The notes: generated by a model not told the origin, from the letters alone. 57,479 nt of DNA from Trichoplax sp. H2 (GCA_003344405.1 NOWV01000117.1:186001-243479); one strand, 5' to 3'; positions 40,512 through 54,467 are shown, counted from the stretch's first letter. Program-made: numbers and translations.

Positions 40512-43500
40512 CCTACAATATACTGGCTACCATAGGCTATTGGAAGCAAGCCATTCTTCTTCACTACGCTAACTGCCATACCTACTATCTATTAAAAGCA
40601 AGTTTACAGTCTTGAAATATGGACGATAATGTAGCACCTACAGTATTCAGTGTCTCTATAGTCACAACTAGCAGATGTTGGCGAAAGCAGTTGAGCAGCA
40701 TACTAAAAGCTGCAAGGGAGCAAAAACTATATTTACAGTATTCGATGTCAATGTGTGTATAATTATATACGATATGGACCACTGACATGAATACTTACTA
40801 GAATAATACACAAGCACAAAATACTAGTAATTGCATTTTAATTGGTTTTAATTTAAAAATATTCTCCCCAGCTAAATGGCTGTATTCCGAAAGGTACAAC
40901 CGTTATGCGTATTTCAGTTATACCGTAGTGCTGTACAAAAATTCAAGAACTCCAAATCCTAGTGATGAGCTATGATTTTAGAAGGATAAATACTGAAGTT
41001 AGCAATATTAAATAGCAAACCAGAGAATTAGTATACAGTAATTATTGCACCGAAAAGACGTCCCTCCTGTGCGATAAATGAAAAGGAACTGTAATAAATC
41101 TACAATTGCGATATTAAGCACAACCGACTGTTCTATCTGATATAGTACTTTACTTCTTATTGCTATCGCGCTTTCAAAATACATAACTGCTGCAGCTAGT
41201 TACGATCACTAAAGAAATGAATCAAGCTCGCAGCCAAACCTCATTTGACTATCGGTAGTGCAGTTATCCAATTATGCGTATTTACTGATAAAGTCTCACT
41301 GTGTTCGTGATCTTTCTACTATTACAAAGTGATATCACCTGAACTTTTTCTTTTTATTGCTATCTTATTAATAAAGCTGAATGTCTGCTGGTAAAAACAG
41401 GAGGGTGGATTTTGTAGTTAGTCTATAAATTAATGATAAACACTATCATAGCTCCATTGTAATACAGTCCTCAATAAGGTCATGATGACAGATTAGATTA
41501 AATAAATGGGAGAGTATTTATATTATCTCCTCAAATTCAGATGGTCATTGATACAGAAGAAAACTGATTGAGGCAGCAAAGCCAAGTTTGATTAGAAATC
41601 AAAGCCTTATCATACTACTTTTAAGACACTTTTCAGGTCCACTTAAATCATATTTCAATATATTCTCGTATTTACAGCACACATATAAATACCGTGGAAT
41701 CAACAGGTGCATATGATCCATGTTCTAATCCGGTCATAAGTAACTTAAAAATTAGATGTTGCAGTTTTTCAACCCTGCCCTTTAAGAATTTAATATTGTC
41801 TATGCATACGTGTGATACTAATTGAAGTTATTTATGAGTTCATAAAGAGAGTCTGCAGTACAGCTCGATGCTACTGAGTATTCATGCATCGTCAGGAGGT
41901 TACTGCAATCACAACTCTCATCCAGCTTAACTGTAGCAAGTAAATATTTATTTTGATTTACACATCCATTTCAATTTTGGAACCATACAACTAATAAATA
42001 ATTAAATTAGAAATCAGATGATGTCTTCTTTTTACAAAATACCGTAATAGAATTTCTTCCGTAGGGCAACAAGCTAAATTAATAATCTTTACTATCATTT
42101 TGATACTACGATTGGAAATCTCTTTACTCTACTACTAATAGAATTTCTTTATACAGGTAATGATTACATCTACAATAATATTGACTATAAAGAAAAGTTA
42201 AAAAATCTACATTCATTGCAGGTATAATGATGTCTGATATTCCATTGAGCTATATTATATCCTATATACTTACTTAACAGGCTTACAGAACTATTTTAAT
42301 ATAGGAAGAGTGAATAAGCTAACCTACCATTACATAAAGTGGGTAAATTTCTTGAAGAATCGGATTGCTACTAGCAACAGACCAGTAGAAATCATAACAA
42401 AAGCTTAATAGCAAGGATGAATACAGAACTGAAAATATGTCATACCTATTTTAAATTAAATCACAGACTGGAAGACAACATTATTAACGAGAGCTTATAA
42501 GGATTACAGATCTATTACAAGCATATAAAAGCAATCAAATACTACGTATCCAGTCAACGCTCAAACGCATATTGGAGATAATGATACTGTTCAGAATTCA
42601 GTATCTTAAGCTAATGAATGAACTACGAGTACATTTCTTGCTAAGGAATGTTAAAACGATACTGTCAGTAGTTCGTACGAACTACCGTGAAGAAATAGCT
42701 ATCTAAATTTGGCGAATATAATATAGTGATAATATATTACAATTAGTTACTTACAATAGGAATTACTCTAATTATAAATGTGTTACAGTAAATTTAATGC
42801 TGTGTTGTAATGTGCACTGAAATGATTCTGTGAATGGACATGTTGTAGTTCGACTGTTAAAAATTAGTTAGTAGATGTTCTCACCTAAGTATTTTTATAA
42901 GATGACTCATGAATGTTAGCTGCTGTAGAAGGGTATATAAGCCGGCCAGATAGTTGAATAAAGTAGTTTTCAATTGTCTAATTGAGTTTAACGTAGAATC
43001 AAAGGCGTCTAAATTCTTGTGAGTAGGGATACTGAATCCGCAGATTTTTAAAGATTTAGAGATTTATTTTACGTTATCCTTGTCACGAAGCTGGTTTGTG
43101 ACAGATACAGAAATCGCAGCGAATGTATTCACTATAACTAAGATTAATCTAACAATACTGAAGAGACTTTTGAATGCGAAGGAGTTATTAAATATAAAAT
43201 TATCCAGTTGAGGCATCGGGTCTGTGCTTAATGCTGTCATATCAATGATTGCATCCATACAGAAAGGTAGAGATATTACGATCTGCAGTAATATCAAGCG
43301 AATAATCTCTACGATATTAATTTGATTCTCACGACTGCAAGTTAAACTTAAAAAATCTCCTTTATTTTCACCTTACCAACGAGCAACTTAATGACTTATT
43401 CAAATTTAACATAAGCCGAAATCTTCCCTTTTTCTCTATCGTATCTCCTTTTTATACCATTATAGTTAATACATCAATACTCTATAATTGTTAAGTTATT

Positions 43501-45062
43501 TTTAAGGTTAGTTAATAAAACCACGACAACACTAAATATGTTTTAACACATAATCTCACGACAGTAATTACCCCTAAAATGGTGAACATAACCAGTAATA
43601 ATTCCTAATATGGAAATCAATTGAACATAACATTGGTCATCATTCGTTTTGACGTAGAATAAACAGGAGGTTTCTAAGTAAGGAGGAAGGAGATATTCGT
43701 ATAAGTATATTAACAGTAGTTGGCAATAAAGAGAGGGCGAAGACAACTCCTGCTTCATAATAAATCACTTTGCAATTGGATGATAATTTTTCAACCTTGT
43801 CACAAGAATTTGAGAAATTTTACATTGTATTAGTAATGAGTAGTAACTCAAGATTTTAAAGTGTCCTTGGAGTAGTGGATTGCAGACATGTTTTAATATT
43901 TATTATGAAAAATAGAGGATATGTTGACGTCAGAAAGTAGGGAAAGCATCTGTTCGTGGATGCCCAATCCTGCGATTGACATCCTGCTGTTCATAACCGT
44001 GAACTACAAGTCTTTGCGATATTTATAGCATTAGATTTCTTCATTTTGAAATCATATATTTATAATCTCTTAAACATGTAGAATAAAGTTGAGGAGCTGA
44101 CGTGATCATAGCGGTAAGAGTATTAGACAAAGAAGTTTAACTTATATGTATTGTACTACTATACCCTCTAGGTAGTGTAATCTATAATAAAATCAATCTG
44201 CTGGTTCATTAATGAGTAAAATGAGATAACTAACAATAATTAATAGATTAGTGGCTAGATATGGAGACAGCGATTAAAATACGCGTATATTTACATTTAC
44301 TATCCAAGCATTTTAGATCTTCCACTTTCTTTATTAGCCATGGTATATTTCGTGGTAATAAAAGTTATATGATTCAGTACTTATGTAGGTAGTAACATAA
44401 TATCATAAAACAGATTGCTTAGGAATAGTAATACTTTGGTGACTAATTTCTCATCAAATATAAATTCAAATGTGAAATATTTCTCAGTACAGTAATCAAA
44501 TGTGATGTCAAAGTGTATAAACAAGAAATTCGTCGAATTAAGATAGCATCCTTTACCAAGTACAACGAATATTATAGCAGTCCAAACTTTAGAAAAGCAA
44601 TCTGACATCACCGTTTACGGATATGCCTCTTACTGTTCTATTAATATTTAGATTATCATCAATGGAATATTTATTACTTTAAATCCAGTAATTATTTCAC
44701 GTTATTATGTATAGAGATCCTGTATTTGATAAGTCATTAATTTCGCTTAAAGTAAATAAACTAAATTCTTTATCAAATGAATAAAATTATTCATAAATGC
44801 ATTTTTAAGTAATAACTAGCCACTACCCATGGCAATAAAAGAATTACTGTGTCTCTCTATAGTCACGAGCGTGCGATTATCATAAATCATACTGTCATAA
44901 AATAGTTCAAATACCATGGTTTGTAGTCATAATTTTGTAACGAATTGCGTATAAATATAATTGATGTACGGATTCTGGTGAAATCTTATCAATTTTGCTA
45001 TTTTTGAAATTAGCGAAAAAGCAAATTTTAATCAACTTCGATAACTAATCACACGTTCTAAA

Positions 45063-48000
45063 ATGGCTAAAATCAACTCATCTCGGAAATTTTTATTTAA
45101 TCTTACCCTAATCAATGTGAGTATTCATCTTGATAAATAGCACGGTATATAATAATAAGTTAAGAAACTATATAAAAAGTAACAATCTAAGTTCAATTAC
45201 TGTTTGTGCAATAAAGCCTTCGTTACGATTCACAGAGAATGTCGTTGATTGAATTGTTTCAAACATTCTTTCGTACCTTACTTGTAACTGTATTACTTAA
45301 TTTTGTTCTAAGTCATGCCAGGCAATACTTTATCTTATGGATTTAGTAAATGATCGTTTAGTATTTCTGTTAATTTATTAAATTTAAGACAGAGTGCCAT
45401 ACTTTTTTAAATCATAGTAACACAAATAAATTTGATTTTCCGATTCTCTCTTAGATGGTCTTAATGGCTACCAGACCGCAAGTAAATGCTACCGGTTAAG
45501 CTATAGTAATTCAAATCACTAAATTACATATTGTTACAACAATGCAGGAATTTAAGCGACTTTTCAGCTATAAACGGTTTGCTTATCAATCTAATGTTAT
45601 CAGTAAAGGACTTACAATATTTTTAATACCCCATAGATCCTTGTATAGATTATACCGTAATATCAGACAAAAGTCGATCAATATTCGAGAATTTAGGCAC
45701 TATTGGATGTGATAGGAACTTGACAAATTCTTGGTATCGATTTGATGGAGGCCAAAATAGTCAGATGATGCAAACCACTTGTATTGAACAAATCCCAAAA
45801 TGTGGAACCCTCGGCCCTGGTTGGATGATAGGCAAACATCCTACAGGTAAGTATTATCATATTTGGTAGGACTTACGTTATGTAGATTATATCTATCAGT
45901 GCCTTTTCTCTTGTAATATACTGTAGCTTCATGAAGCCATAATGATGACTGTATTGGCAATTGCTGTATAAATCTTATATTTAAATGGGTTTGAAGAAAT
46001 GAGAACATTGTAAACATTTAGTTCTTGTAGTTTTGAAAATATCGGAAGCACAACGTGTTGATAACGATTTTGAAACTTTCTTACAAAACTTATCTTCTTC
46101 TTAAAATCAATTGATTTTTAGTTGGTGATCGAGTCGTCAACAGAACAGTTTGTTTTTATAGCTATGATGATTGTTGCTTTGGAAGATTAAGTATTCAAGT
46201 TCAAAATTGTCGACAATTTTTCGTCTATCGCCTGCCCTCAACCATTAATTTGTTAGTTTGTGCTGGCTATTGCACGACTAAAAAGGGTAATTAGACAAGC
46301 TTCATGAATATGAAATATAGAATAATAACGATAGCTGAAATTCTGCTTTCAGAGACCTAAAATTCTAATTTATCATTAGTATAAGTAATAATTTAGATAT
46401 TACTTTAATATTTGATATTATCAGATCCTTGTAATCCCAATCCATGTGTAAATGACGGCGAATGTAGAAAAGCGAACGGAGCATATCAATGCAAATGCCA
46501 GCATGATTTTACAGGAAAAAATTGCGAAAATAGTTAGTATAGCAAGTTGAAACATTTCAATAGTAGTATAGTTAAAACTTAAATAATATTGCAAGTAGAT
46601 GAAAAAGAAATATATAACCTTACGATGACTAAATTTTAGATGTAAATCCATGTAAAGCTAATCCTTGCCGCTATGGTAATTGCTCAGTAGCTGGAAACGA
46701 TTACAAGTGTACATGTTTTTCTGGATATACAGGAGAAAACTGCGATCAGGGTCAGGCTCCGTTTCAATAATTCTCATGATATTGCCTCAGATGCCAGAGT
46801 ATATAATTTTAGTATGAAGACAAAAAGAGTTCTACAATCTCCATTCTTTCAGTTTACTACAAAGTTTAAAATCACGCAATATAGGATAGATTATAACTGA
46901 TATGGACCAACATTGTTTCTTTGGTAAAAAAAGATATTAATAAGGTTTACTTCTATTAGGATGTGTTTATTTCGCTTCTCAGTTTGTACTATGCACCGCC
47001 ATTATCACTTGATATATCACTAGATATAAGAACTTACAACTCTAAGTAGTAATATTCAGAATTCGATCACTGTCTTAAAGTACATTTCTCCTTTTAATGT
47101 GTATGTAACTTTGATCAGTATTATTAACTTAGTATTCTATCTTTTTGACGTCTTAGATATCGATGAGTGTACGACGAAACTTCATGACTGCCAAGAAATT
47201 TGTGGGAATACTCGTGGTAGCTATCGTTGTTCATGCCGCAGAGGAAATATTTTATTATCAGATCAGATATCTTGTTTCAGTAAGTGTATCTATTTGTATT
47301 GCTATAATAATCAAAGCGATATTAAGAAGTCAAAATCCTTTACAAAGGTTATTTGCAGATAGAATTGAAAGTCATGTAATGTAGTTTAAGACAATTATTT
47401 ACCAAAGACCATTCTGCTATGATCGCTAGATCCTTGCAGAAGTGCAATTCATCTAACAGATACTTCAAGATCAATCTATGCCTCGACTTATCGCCTTACA
47501 TGTGATCAATCTTTTCTTAATGGGTCTTGGTATCGCTTTAATGGTGGTCCAAAAAGCCAAATGATGTTGACTAGTCGAGTGAGCATGGTTAATTGCGGAA
47601 CGGTATCGCCGGGGTGGCTAGTAGATAATCATCCAACTAGTAGGTTTATATCCATTAAATGCATTGCTTGAGTTTTATTAATCATTTCAAGCTGTAACAA
47701 TATTGTTAGCGCTGCATATTAATTTTTACATTTCTTGATAATAGTGCAGGAAGGTATCATTTCAGCGCGTGTCTGCTTCATTTGGGGCATCAATACCTGC
47801 AAATGGAATCAAACTATTCATATTAGAAATTGTGGCTCTCATTTTGTTTATAAATTACCGCCACCATCGACTTGCTACTTACGTTATTGTAGTGATAAGC
47901 GCAGTAAGTGCTATATTCTTACGTTCTATATTCCCTTTTGCTGTCATGACTTTATCATCAACCTTTTAACTGAGTCTATTTTATCATAATTCATTGTAAG

Positions 48001-51000
48001 ATTAGCTATAACTGTCATTGCAGCCACGATTTCAAAAGTTATTGATTTTGTTCCGGTAGTTTCAACTTGGTTTCTGTCATTGTTTGTGATATATTGTAGC
48101 CAATATATTGGATAGTTTTAATGGCTTATTACTAAACAATAATATTTTACTGGTACGACAGTCATCCTTTAATGTGATAGAGTATTTTTATCATAAATTA
48201 TTGTTTTATTGTACGCAAACTTAAGATAGGTACGGTATTAAAAATTGTTCTTGTAATAATAGTTAAGCTATTAATGATCTTATGTTAGCTTTCTTCTCTC
48301 TTCATTCAAGCTTATTGCGATCCTGATCCTTGTGTTAATGGTACTTGCCAGACTACTGATGTTGGATTTCGCTGTCACTGTCAACAAGGATATCGAGGGA
48401 TGTTATGCCAGCATGGTAATAAGAATTTCAGTTATATTCATGAGCTGTTGTATGGTACTAGTCATAAAATCCGTCCCTCTACTGACGGTTAACGTCTGTA
48501 GAATTTAGTTTCGTAAGCTATAGAAAACGATATAACTAATGCATAGATATTTTAACCGTAACATGGAAAAAAACAGATTATAATTATAAATTCAAAGGCT
48601 TGATGGTACGATATTGCATGAGTACTTTATTCGATGTAAAATGAAGATAAACAGGTCTCATTGCTAGCGCATATAATTAAAATATACTAATCCAACTAAT
48701 AGAAATTGATGAATGTGCTTCCAACCCTTGTCAACATGGTCGTTGTATCAACACAGACGGCAGCTATCGTTGTGAGTGCCACATAGGATTTACTGGTCAA
48801 AATTGCGATACAGGTGGGATATATGTTGATCTCTTCTTTCTTAATCTAATTAATTTTTAATTCAACGCTGTAACAAAGCCGACGGTTCTTTTACGAAATT
48901 AACATCACCACTCGGATTGATTTGAAAGCTTGCGTAAAAAGAAAATAGTTGCATTTAACTGGTTAAGTATTTTATATATTCGCAGATATTAATGAATGTG
49001 ACTATGCCAATGGTAACTGCTCCCAAAATTGCATTAACTTACCAGGAAGTTATCACTGTCAGTGTCGATTAGGTTTTATACTTGAGCCAAATGGTCGAGA
49101 GTGTATAGGTAAATGGTTTCTTCTAACTGCTAAAGATACTATAAGATCGGCATATTTCGTTCATAATTTACGTTTTCATCACGGTTTTAGCCTAACACTA
49201 TTTTTCCGATTAGCACGAACGTAGTACGCTGTGCTAAAATTAAAAGTACCTAAAAGGATCGAAGAATTGGATGCTTTATATTCCATTCAAATGCTTAATT
49301 ACCTCAAAATATCATTCTGATAGTCTATCCTAATAGAATAGTAATTTCGAAGCATGCTACTCGTTTACGGCAATAAGTTACGATTTATCATACCTTAATA
49401 TTGAAGTAGTTCTGCAGCTGTGAATTATATAATTTTACCATTTAGTTTTGATGGTCTATTCCATTCTTGAGAAAAGAAAATATTCAGATTTATCGTGTAG
49501 CAAATGTTGTTGAAGGGATTTCTTATATTTTTAGTATTATAATTGTACATGCAAATGCTATAACTAAATTGTAAGAAATAGATTTCGATTGACTTACGTG
49601 GTTTCACTGTAACGGTTATTCATAATTTTACTTTTTACCCAAATCCCATTATTTTCATTTTCATTATGACATAGACCCGTGCATGAACTTCTTTTGGTTA
49701 AGAAATACTTCAAGATGGCTATCTAATCGTAATGCAGATCCACTCTATTGCGATAAACATACTTTAAAAGCAAACTGGTATCGTATTAGTAGTACTTCTA
49801 AAGATATGATGTTGCCCAATCAATGTACTCCAGTTTTGCGATGCCAAACTCTCTCTACTGGTTGGCTCAACGGCACCCATCCAAGAGGTATTGCCTTTTA
49901 TCGAGAAAGGAATAGAAATATAGCCGTATAATAATATTAAAATAGATAATCATATGTAATAGTTATTGACTAAACTATCATTTCTTTTTGAATTATTCGA
50001 TGGTTACCGATACTGAATAATTAGTTCGCGATGGTGTAGTAAATAAAACAGTTTGTTTTAATTATAATGGAAATTGTTGCTACATGTCTAATACAATTAT
50101 GGTCAAAAATTGTATTAGTTACTTTGTCTACTACCTAACGCCGACCATGACATGTAGTCCTGAAACAAGATACTGTACTACCGATTTCGGTAAGTAAATC
50201 TCTATGCTATATAGTTTCTTTAGCTACCTTCTTGCCAATTTTCTCATTTTATTTCGTTTCCGTGGTTCATATTTATGTGATCCTGACTTCATGATTATGA
50301 TTTATGTATCACTGACTATATTGGCTATAGAATTTGTTGTTTAATTCCCATCAACTGAGAAGTTTATCCTATATTAACAGACGTATGTGATCCTAATCCT
50401 TGCTTTCATGGAGACTGCGTGAATGTTCGATCAGATCAGTATAGATGTCGTTGTAAATCTGGCTTTACTGGAAAACATTGCGAAACAGGTACGGTAATCA
50501 GCAGTGAATGATAAAATTTAAATAATTAATAATATACAAGCATGATAGAGTTAAAATTAGCGAATCACTTCTTTATTTAATTACTTCATCATTTCCTACG
50601 ATGATATTCATGTATCACATTTTTTTGTGACTACTGATTCTTCGTACTATATAGGAAAAGTGCTATCCAAGCATTTTATTCCTTGAAATTTAAAATGATT
50701 TTAGATAGATTTGCAAATCTTGATATAGTGCCAATAATAAAAGAAACTAATACGAATAGCAGCGATTTGATTCCTATTAAATCAATTTTCTTCATATCTC
50801 TCCACCTGTAGCTATCAATGAATGTTCCTCTAATCCATGCGTTAGAGGTCGATGCGTAGATAGTATAGGAAAATATCGTTGTATTTGTGATACTGGAATG
50901 ACAGGAGTCCACTGTGATCAAGGTAGAGATGCAATTACTATAAAAAACTTCAATAAAATAGAAAATTAGATTTAGACATTTAGTAACACTATTAATTACG

Positions 51001-53813
51001 TTGATAAGATATGCTGATGAAGCGCTAAGGTAGCCTAATCAATGTAATCAATGCAATCAATGCAAGTAATGAAGTAAAATGTAGATGAGTAAGCAATAAT
51101 GATACTTTCTTTATGATTTTTCTAGATGTTAATGAATGCTTGTTAAGCAATGGCGGCTGCGATGGAGCTTGTCATAACCAATATGCAAGCTATTATTGCT
51201 CTTGTCCAGTGCATCAAGATTTAGATTCGGATAATCGTACTTGTATAGGTTATAATATAATCTTGAAAAATTTTAATCTAGGAATTCGAATGTATATATG
51301 CATAGATAATGTTTGCAGTAGTATCCTATTTTATCCGGATGTTAATAATCAAAATATTTATTATTATGCTAAAAGATCCCTGTAATACCCAGACTTCTTC
51401 GTTAGTGGATTCTATTAGTGAAAAAATGACGATTTTTCTGAGTTACTCCATTGTCAGCAAATGTCAAAAAGTTAGCTTACTCGCAAAATCTCCAAAGAAA
51501 TGGTATCGTGCTAGTCTAGCTTCAAATTGCTCGGCAATCGCCAGATGGACCGGCCATGATCAGGGTAATCCTAGATTAGCATCATAGAAACGTTATACGT
51601 GACGTTCCTTTATCGTAAGACATCGTAGCTTATTTATAAGTTGTTCGAGCCGTTGTTTGTATTATTCTGTATGTGATTCGAAATGCTAAACCGTGTTATA
51701 ATGGCCTAGAAACAATACTACAATTAATCAAAGGCATCTATATTTGAATCACAAAATTATATATATTCTGTCGAAAGCAATGACTGCTTTAAATGTTGTT
51801 CCGATCACCTTTACCATTTTACAATAATAATCGAAAATAATTCCAATTGTGAGACCGTATTATAAGTCAAAATCGACGGTAATGTTCATTTATAATTAAA
51901 TGCAAGTATAAACGTCTGATATTGCACTAAAATGATTGCTTCCACGTCAACTATGGTGATTTATTATTTTATTCCTACAATTCTTAAGTTAACTCTAATC
52001 ATTAAACTACGTTGTGATAGAAAAAGTTACCATTAATGGGTATACTTAATTCAAATAGGTGACGAGTACTTACAAATTGCTAAACGCAACGCCTGCTTTC
52101 ATTTTGGGTTGCAACATTGTGCTATGACACTTCCTGTACGAGTTAAACATTGCCGTGGATATTATATGTATAAGATCGATAGACTATCTGCATGCTATCT
52201 GAATTTTTGTAGCCGAATACAAGGTAAAAGAATGTCTTTCATTGAAATTATAGCAGAATCGTCATTATTGGACATTAGAAAATAAATTGCATTATACTAG
52301 ATAACTGTGATTCAAGTCCCTGTCAGAATGGTGTTTGCGTGTCAACACAAAACGGCTACGAATGTCGATGTAAACCCGGTTATCATGGAGTTCATTGTGA
52401 AGTTGGTAAGAAATTCCCATGCGAAGGATATAGCAGTCAGTACTACTTGCATTTTGTAAATCGAGTCTTTATAAGTCAAAATTATTTGTTTCACGCTTTT
52501 ACGTATATGTCTATGATATTTTACTTACAAGTTCAAATTTATAATTATAAATTTTATAACTTAACGTCCTTTAAGCATTAAGCTAGATTTTAGGCTAGCA
52601 AATTAGCCGCATTATGTATATCTGTATGACAGTATTCTTGCATATTTACGTCATTTATGTTCATCTTTATGATGTTATACTTACAAATTTGTATCTCAAG
52701 AAAGCCATAGATTGCTAATTTAAATCTTTATTAGTCATAGTGCGAGTTACATATGCGAATAAGTTTCATTTGTATATTGGTAGCACTGCATTTATGTAAT
52801 CATATTGTCATTCTCGTAGACGTTTGCAGTTTAAATCCTTGTTATAATGGCCGATGTACTGTAACGGAATCTGGGAATTACAACTGCATATGTCGCGAAG
52901 GTTATTCTGGTAAACAATGTGAAACAGGTACATCAATGGATGCAATATATGTATAAATATCTTCCCGCCGTAAACATAAATTAGATTAATTGCAAACTGC
53001 CAAGCTTCGGCTAGGCTATTTCATGTTAGTAACCAATGTAAATTTTTCCATTCTGCTGTAGCCATATGCTATACTAAACCAAGGTCGTGCCTAGATCTCA
53101 TTAAAAGGCAAAAATCGTATTTACCTAGCGGGTATTATCAAATTTACGATAAAAATGGCTGCCAACAGGGCCATATGACAGCTCAAGGATTATTAGTATA
53201 CTGTGATTTTGAATCAGAACCAGGCTATGCTTGGACATTAATAGAATCTTTCTCCCGTTTCAACGCTCAAATAAGTCAAATTAATAAAGGATTTGCGTAT
53301 AGTGACGGCTTCAACTCTGATTCACCACGTTATCGTTGGCAGGGCTACCGTATGACCTTAGATCAAATGTGGCAGTTATACCAGGTTAATAGACGATTAA
53401 CAGTAAAACCAATGTGGCGAGCAACCTGTAATTTTAATCCTAATGACGATCGGAATCATTACCCTAAAACGGATTATCTTCGTGGTTTATTTGATATCCT
53501 AAATATATTAAAATATAACAGCCTTGGCGATTGCTACTTAGTAGATTCAGTTAATATTCGTAGTTTTGGTTGTCGGCAATGTATGGTTCCATTTTGGTCT
53601 AGCAACGATGTTCACCTTCATATTGATTCATCTCGTCAGTGCTGTACTCGCCATTTCTATGATAGCGTGGAAAGTGAAGATAATTTTGGCTACTACCATC
53701 CTTATAGCACAGCATTTAGTTGTACAGCTACTTTTAACAGTACAACCAATTGGTGGATTGGTGGAAAGATACATGATAATGACGATCTGGCTAGTAGGCC
53801 AACTATTCTTTAA
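45063..53813 (+). CDS. Predicted secreted mosaic protein: signal peptide, 4 uromodulin/OIT3-type D8C domains, 11 EGF/cbEGF repeats, C-terminal fibrinogen-like domain; 22 exons, 1185 aa
   Basis: Exons 45063-45116 and 45455-45494 (signal peptide, less certain); 45637-45846 + 46122-46286 (D8C1: DPC...CD...WYRF...CGT..PGW...HP|VCF...CC...NC..FFVYRL...YC); 46425-46532, 46640-46750, 47157-47279; 47430-47639 + 47745-47903 (D8C2); 48311-48415, 48703-48813, 48986-49108; 49675-49887 + 50025-50189 (D8C3); 50381-50488, 50812-50922, 51126-51248; 51376-51564 + 52059-52223 (D8C4); 52301-52405, 52820-52927; 53062-53813 (PRSCLD...SGYYQI...VYCDF...WTLIESFS). Exons 3-21 are all phase 1-1. Total 3558 nt. Confidence 0.9.
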
Positions 53814-54174
53814 CATCATAACCTTCCACAGAACCATAAGATTCTTCATGATATTTATAAAGACTAAGAAATACATAAATTATGTAATCATCTAATAGCT
53901 ATGTAGCTCTACAATCTATAGAGTTGGTAGATCATGCTACCGCACTTAAATGAAAATTTGTTACCCCGTACTGTATCTTCAATATTATAGCAATAAATAG
54001 AACTGTGATGGATTTCACTTTAATAGATGGTATAAGACATTATCACAATGAAAGTATTTTTACAAACACTTTTGAATAAAATAGTGTGTTTGGTACAACG
54101 TTGTTACTTTGAATCTTAAATATTATAATAAACATGTCTTTGATTATGAATAAGTAATTTGACTTTACGCCTAT

Positions 54175-54467
54175 TGTCACACACCACTAGTGACACAGTA
54201 GTCTACACACGCCATTCCTTGCGGAGAACGCCACTTACTAACTTAAAGAGGCGAGATTAGCTATATCACCAAATAATTCAGTTCCAACGACCGAATACTA
54301 TGGTATAATTATAGCGTCACAGATAGTGTAGACGAGAAAGTCAGAGATTTACTATCATTTAATACTGAAGAAATCTCGGCACCCAAGATTATAGTCTTTA
54401 CAATTAAATAGCAATTGAAAAACTAGTTGACTATCTAACCGACTAACTAACTAAAAAGGAATCTTCA
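54175..54467 (+). mobile_element. Solo LTR (293 bp, TG...CA) with 5-bp target-site duplication CCTAT
   Basis: CCTAT|TGTCAC...ATCTTCA|CCTAT (54170-54174 and 54468-54472). Internal TATAATT and a downstream ATTAAA are present. About 95% identical to 38472-38763. Confidence 0.9.

Noticed and set aside
41678-41740. Peptide AYDPCSNPVI resembling the start of an extra D8C repeat
   Set aside because: No following WYRF/CGT motifs and no phase-compatible exon chain. Too short to support.
38472-54467. A single 16-kb LTR retrotransposon that captured the D8C-EGF gene
   Set aside because: The outer flanks (TTTAC vs CCTAT) do not match, copy 2 has its own TSD, there is no clear PBS, PPT or pol, and the enclosed gene retains 21 introns.
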